A stretch of 64,000 nucleotides of DNA from Eledone cirrhosa. Lineage: Eukaryota. The position numbers and the translations under genes were made by a program. A model generated the notes under the pieces. It had not been told where the DNA came from. It was given only the letters and a program-made list of their open reading frames with translations, and did no database searches. Location of the stretch: the NCBI GenBank assembly GCA_964016885.1, contig OZ024741.1, positions 175,646,001-175,710,000 on the forward strand, in the 5' to 3' direction. Below are positions 63,689 to 64,000 of the stretch, piece by piece. Position 1 is the stretch's first letter, and each line of letters opens with the position of its first letter.

Positions 63689-64000
63689 CAGTCACTCTAA
63701 TTAGGGACGTGTTGTCTGGGCAATCAGGCTATAGAGTACACACCAAGGTTTAAACGATGTCACTTTGAAATATAAAAGAAATGGTTGCGAGAAAATGATA
63801 ACTATGTGTATAAAACAGTGAAAAATTCACTAAATGTTTATTACTTCGATGTTATAAAAGCTCACTTACTCGTACATTTTAAACTCAGTGATGATATTAA
63901 TTCGTCAAGCTATCAAATCCCCATAAAATCAGTTCAGCTCCATAAGGAATTAAATATATGTTATAATGGCAGACATTAATCTGCCTACATTTAATGCAAC

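Overview
Eukaryotic, almost entirely repeat-derived DNA with no convincing intact host gene. The dense (CA)n/(TA)n/(TAA)n tracts and the tRNA-derived SINEs suggest a cephalopod (Octopus-like) genome; this is an inference. The centre (~9.0-59.1 kb) is a ~50-kb nest of microsatellite-targeted non-LTR retrotransposons stacked into (TAA)n/(TTA)n tracts. It holds several families of R4/Dong-like RT+RLE elements, four Tx1-clade APE+RT elements always in the opposite orientation, and many SINEs. The flanks hold (TA)n-targeted insertions: (i) a very young array of 591-bp monomers, each carrying an atypical type-I hammerhead ribozyme (U3-A8 core, long stem II, palindromic stem III), with an inverted arm; (ii) a second, 427-bp minimal-hammerhead repeat of the same architecture; (iii) a Penelope-like GIY-YIG fragment with inverted arms and a decayed hammerhead; (iv) a 5'-inverted RTE-like LINE fragment. 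The best candidate for an undescribed system is this set of retrozyme-like (hammerhead circRNA) elements plus a Penelope-like helper. The LINE nest also shows module swapping (a shared 5' leader, an ORF1 exchange) and a recurrent in-frame stop. All alignments and folds were done by eye, so boundaries are approximate to a few bp. Most short ORFs in the track are antisense shadows or microsatellite translations.
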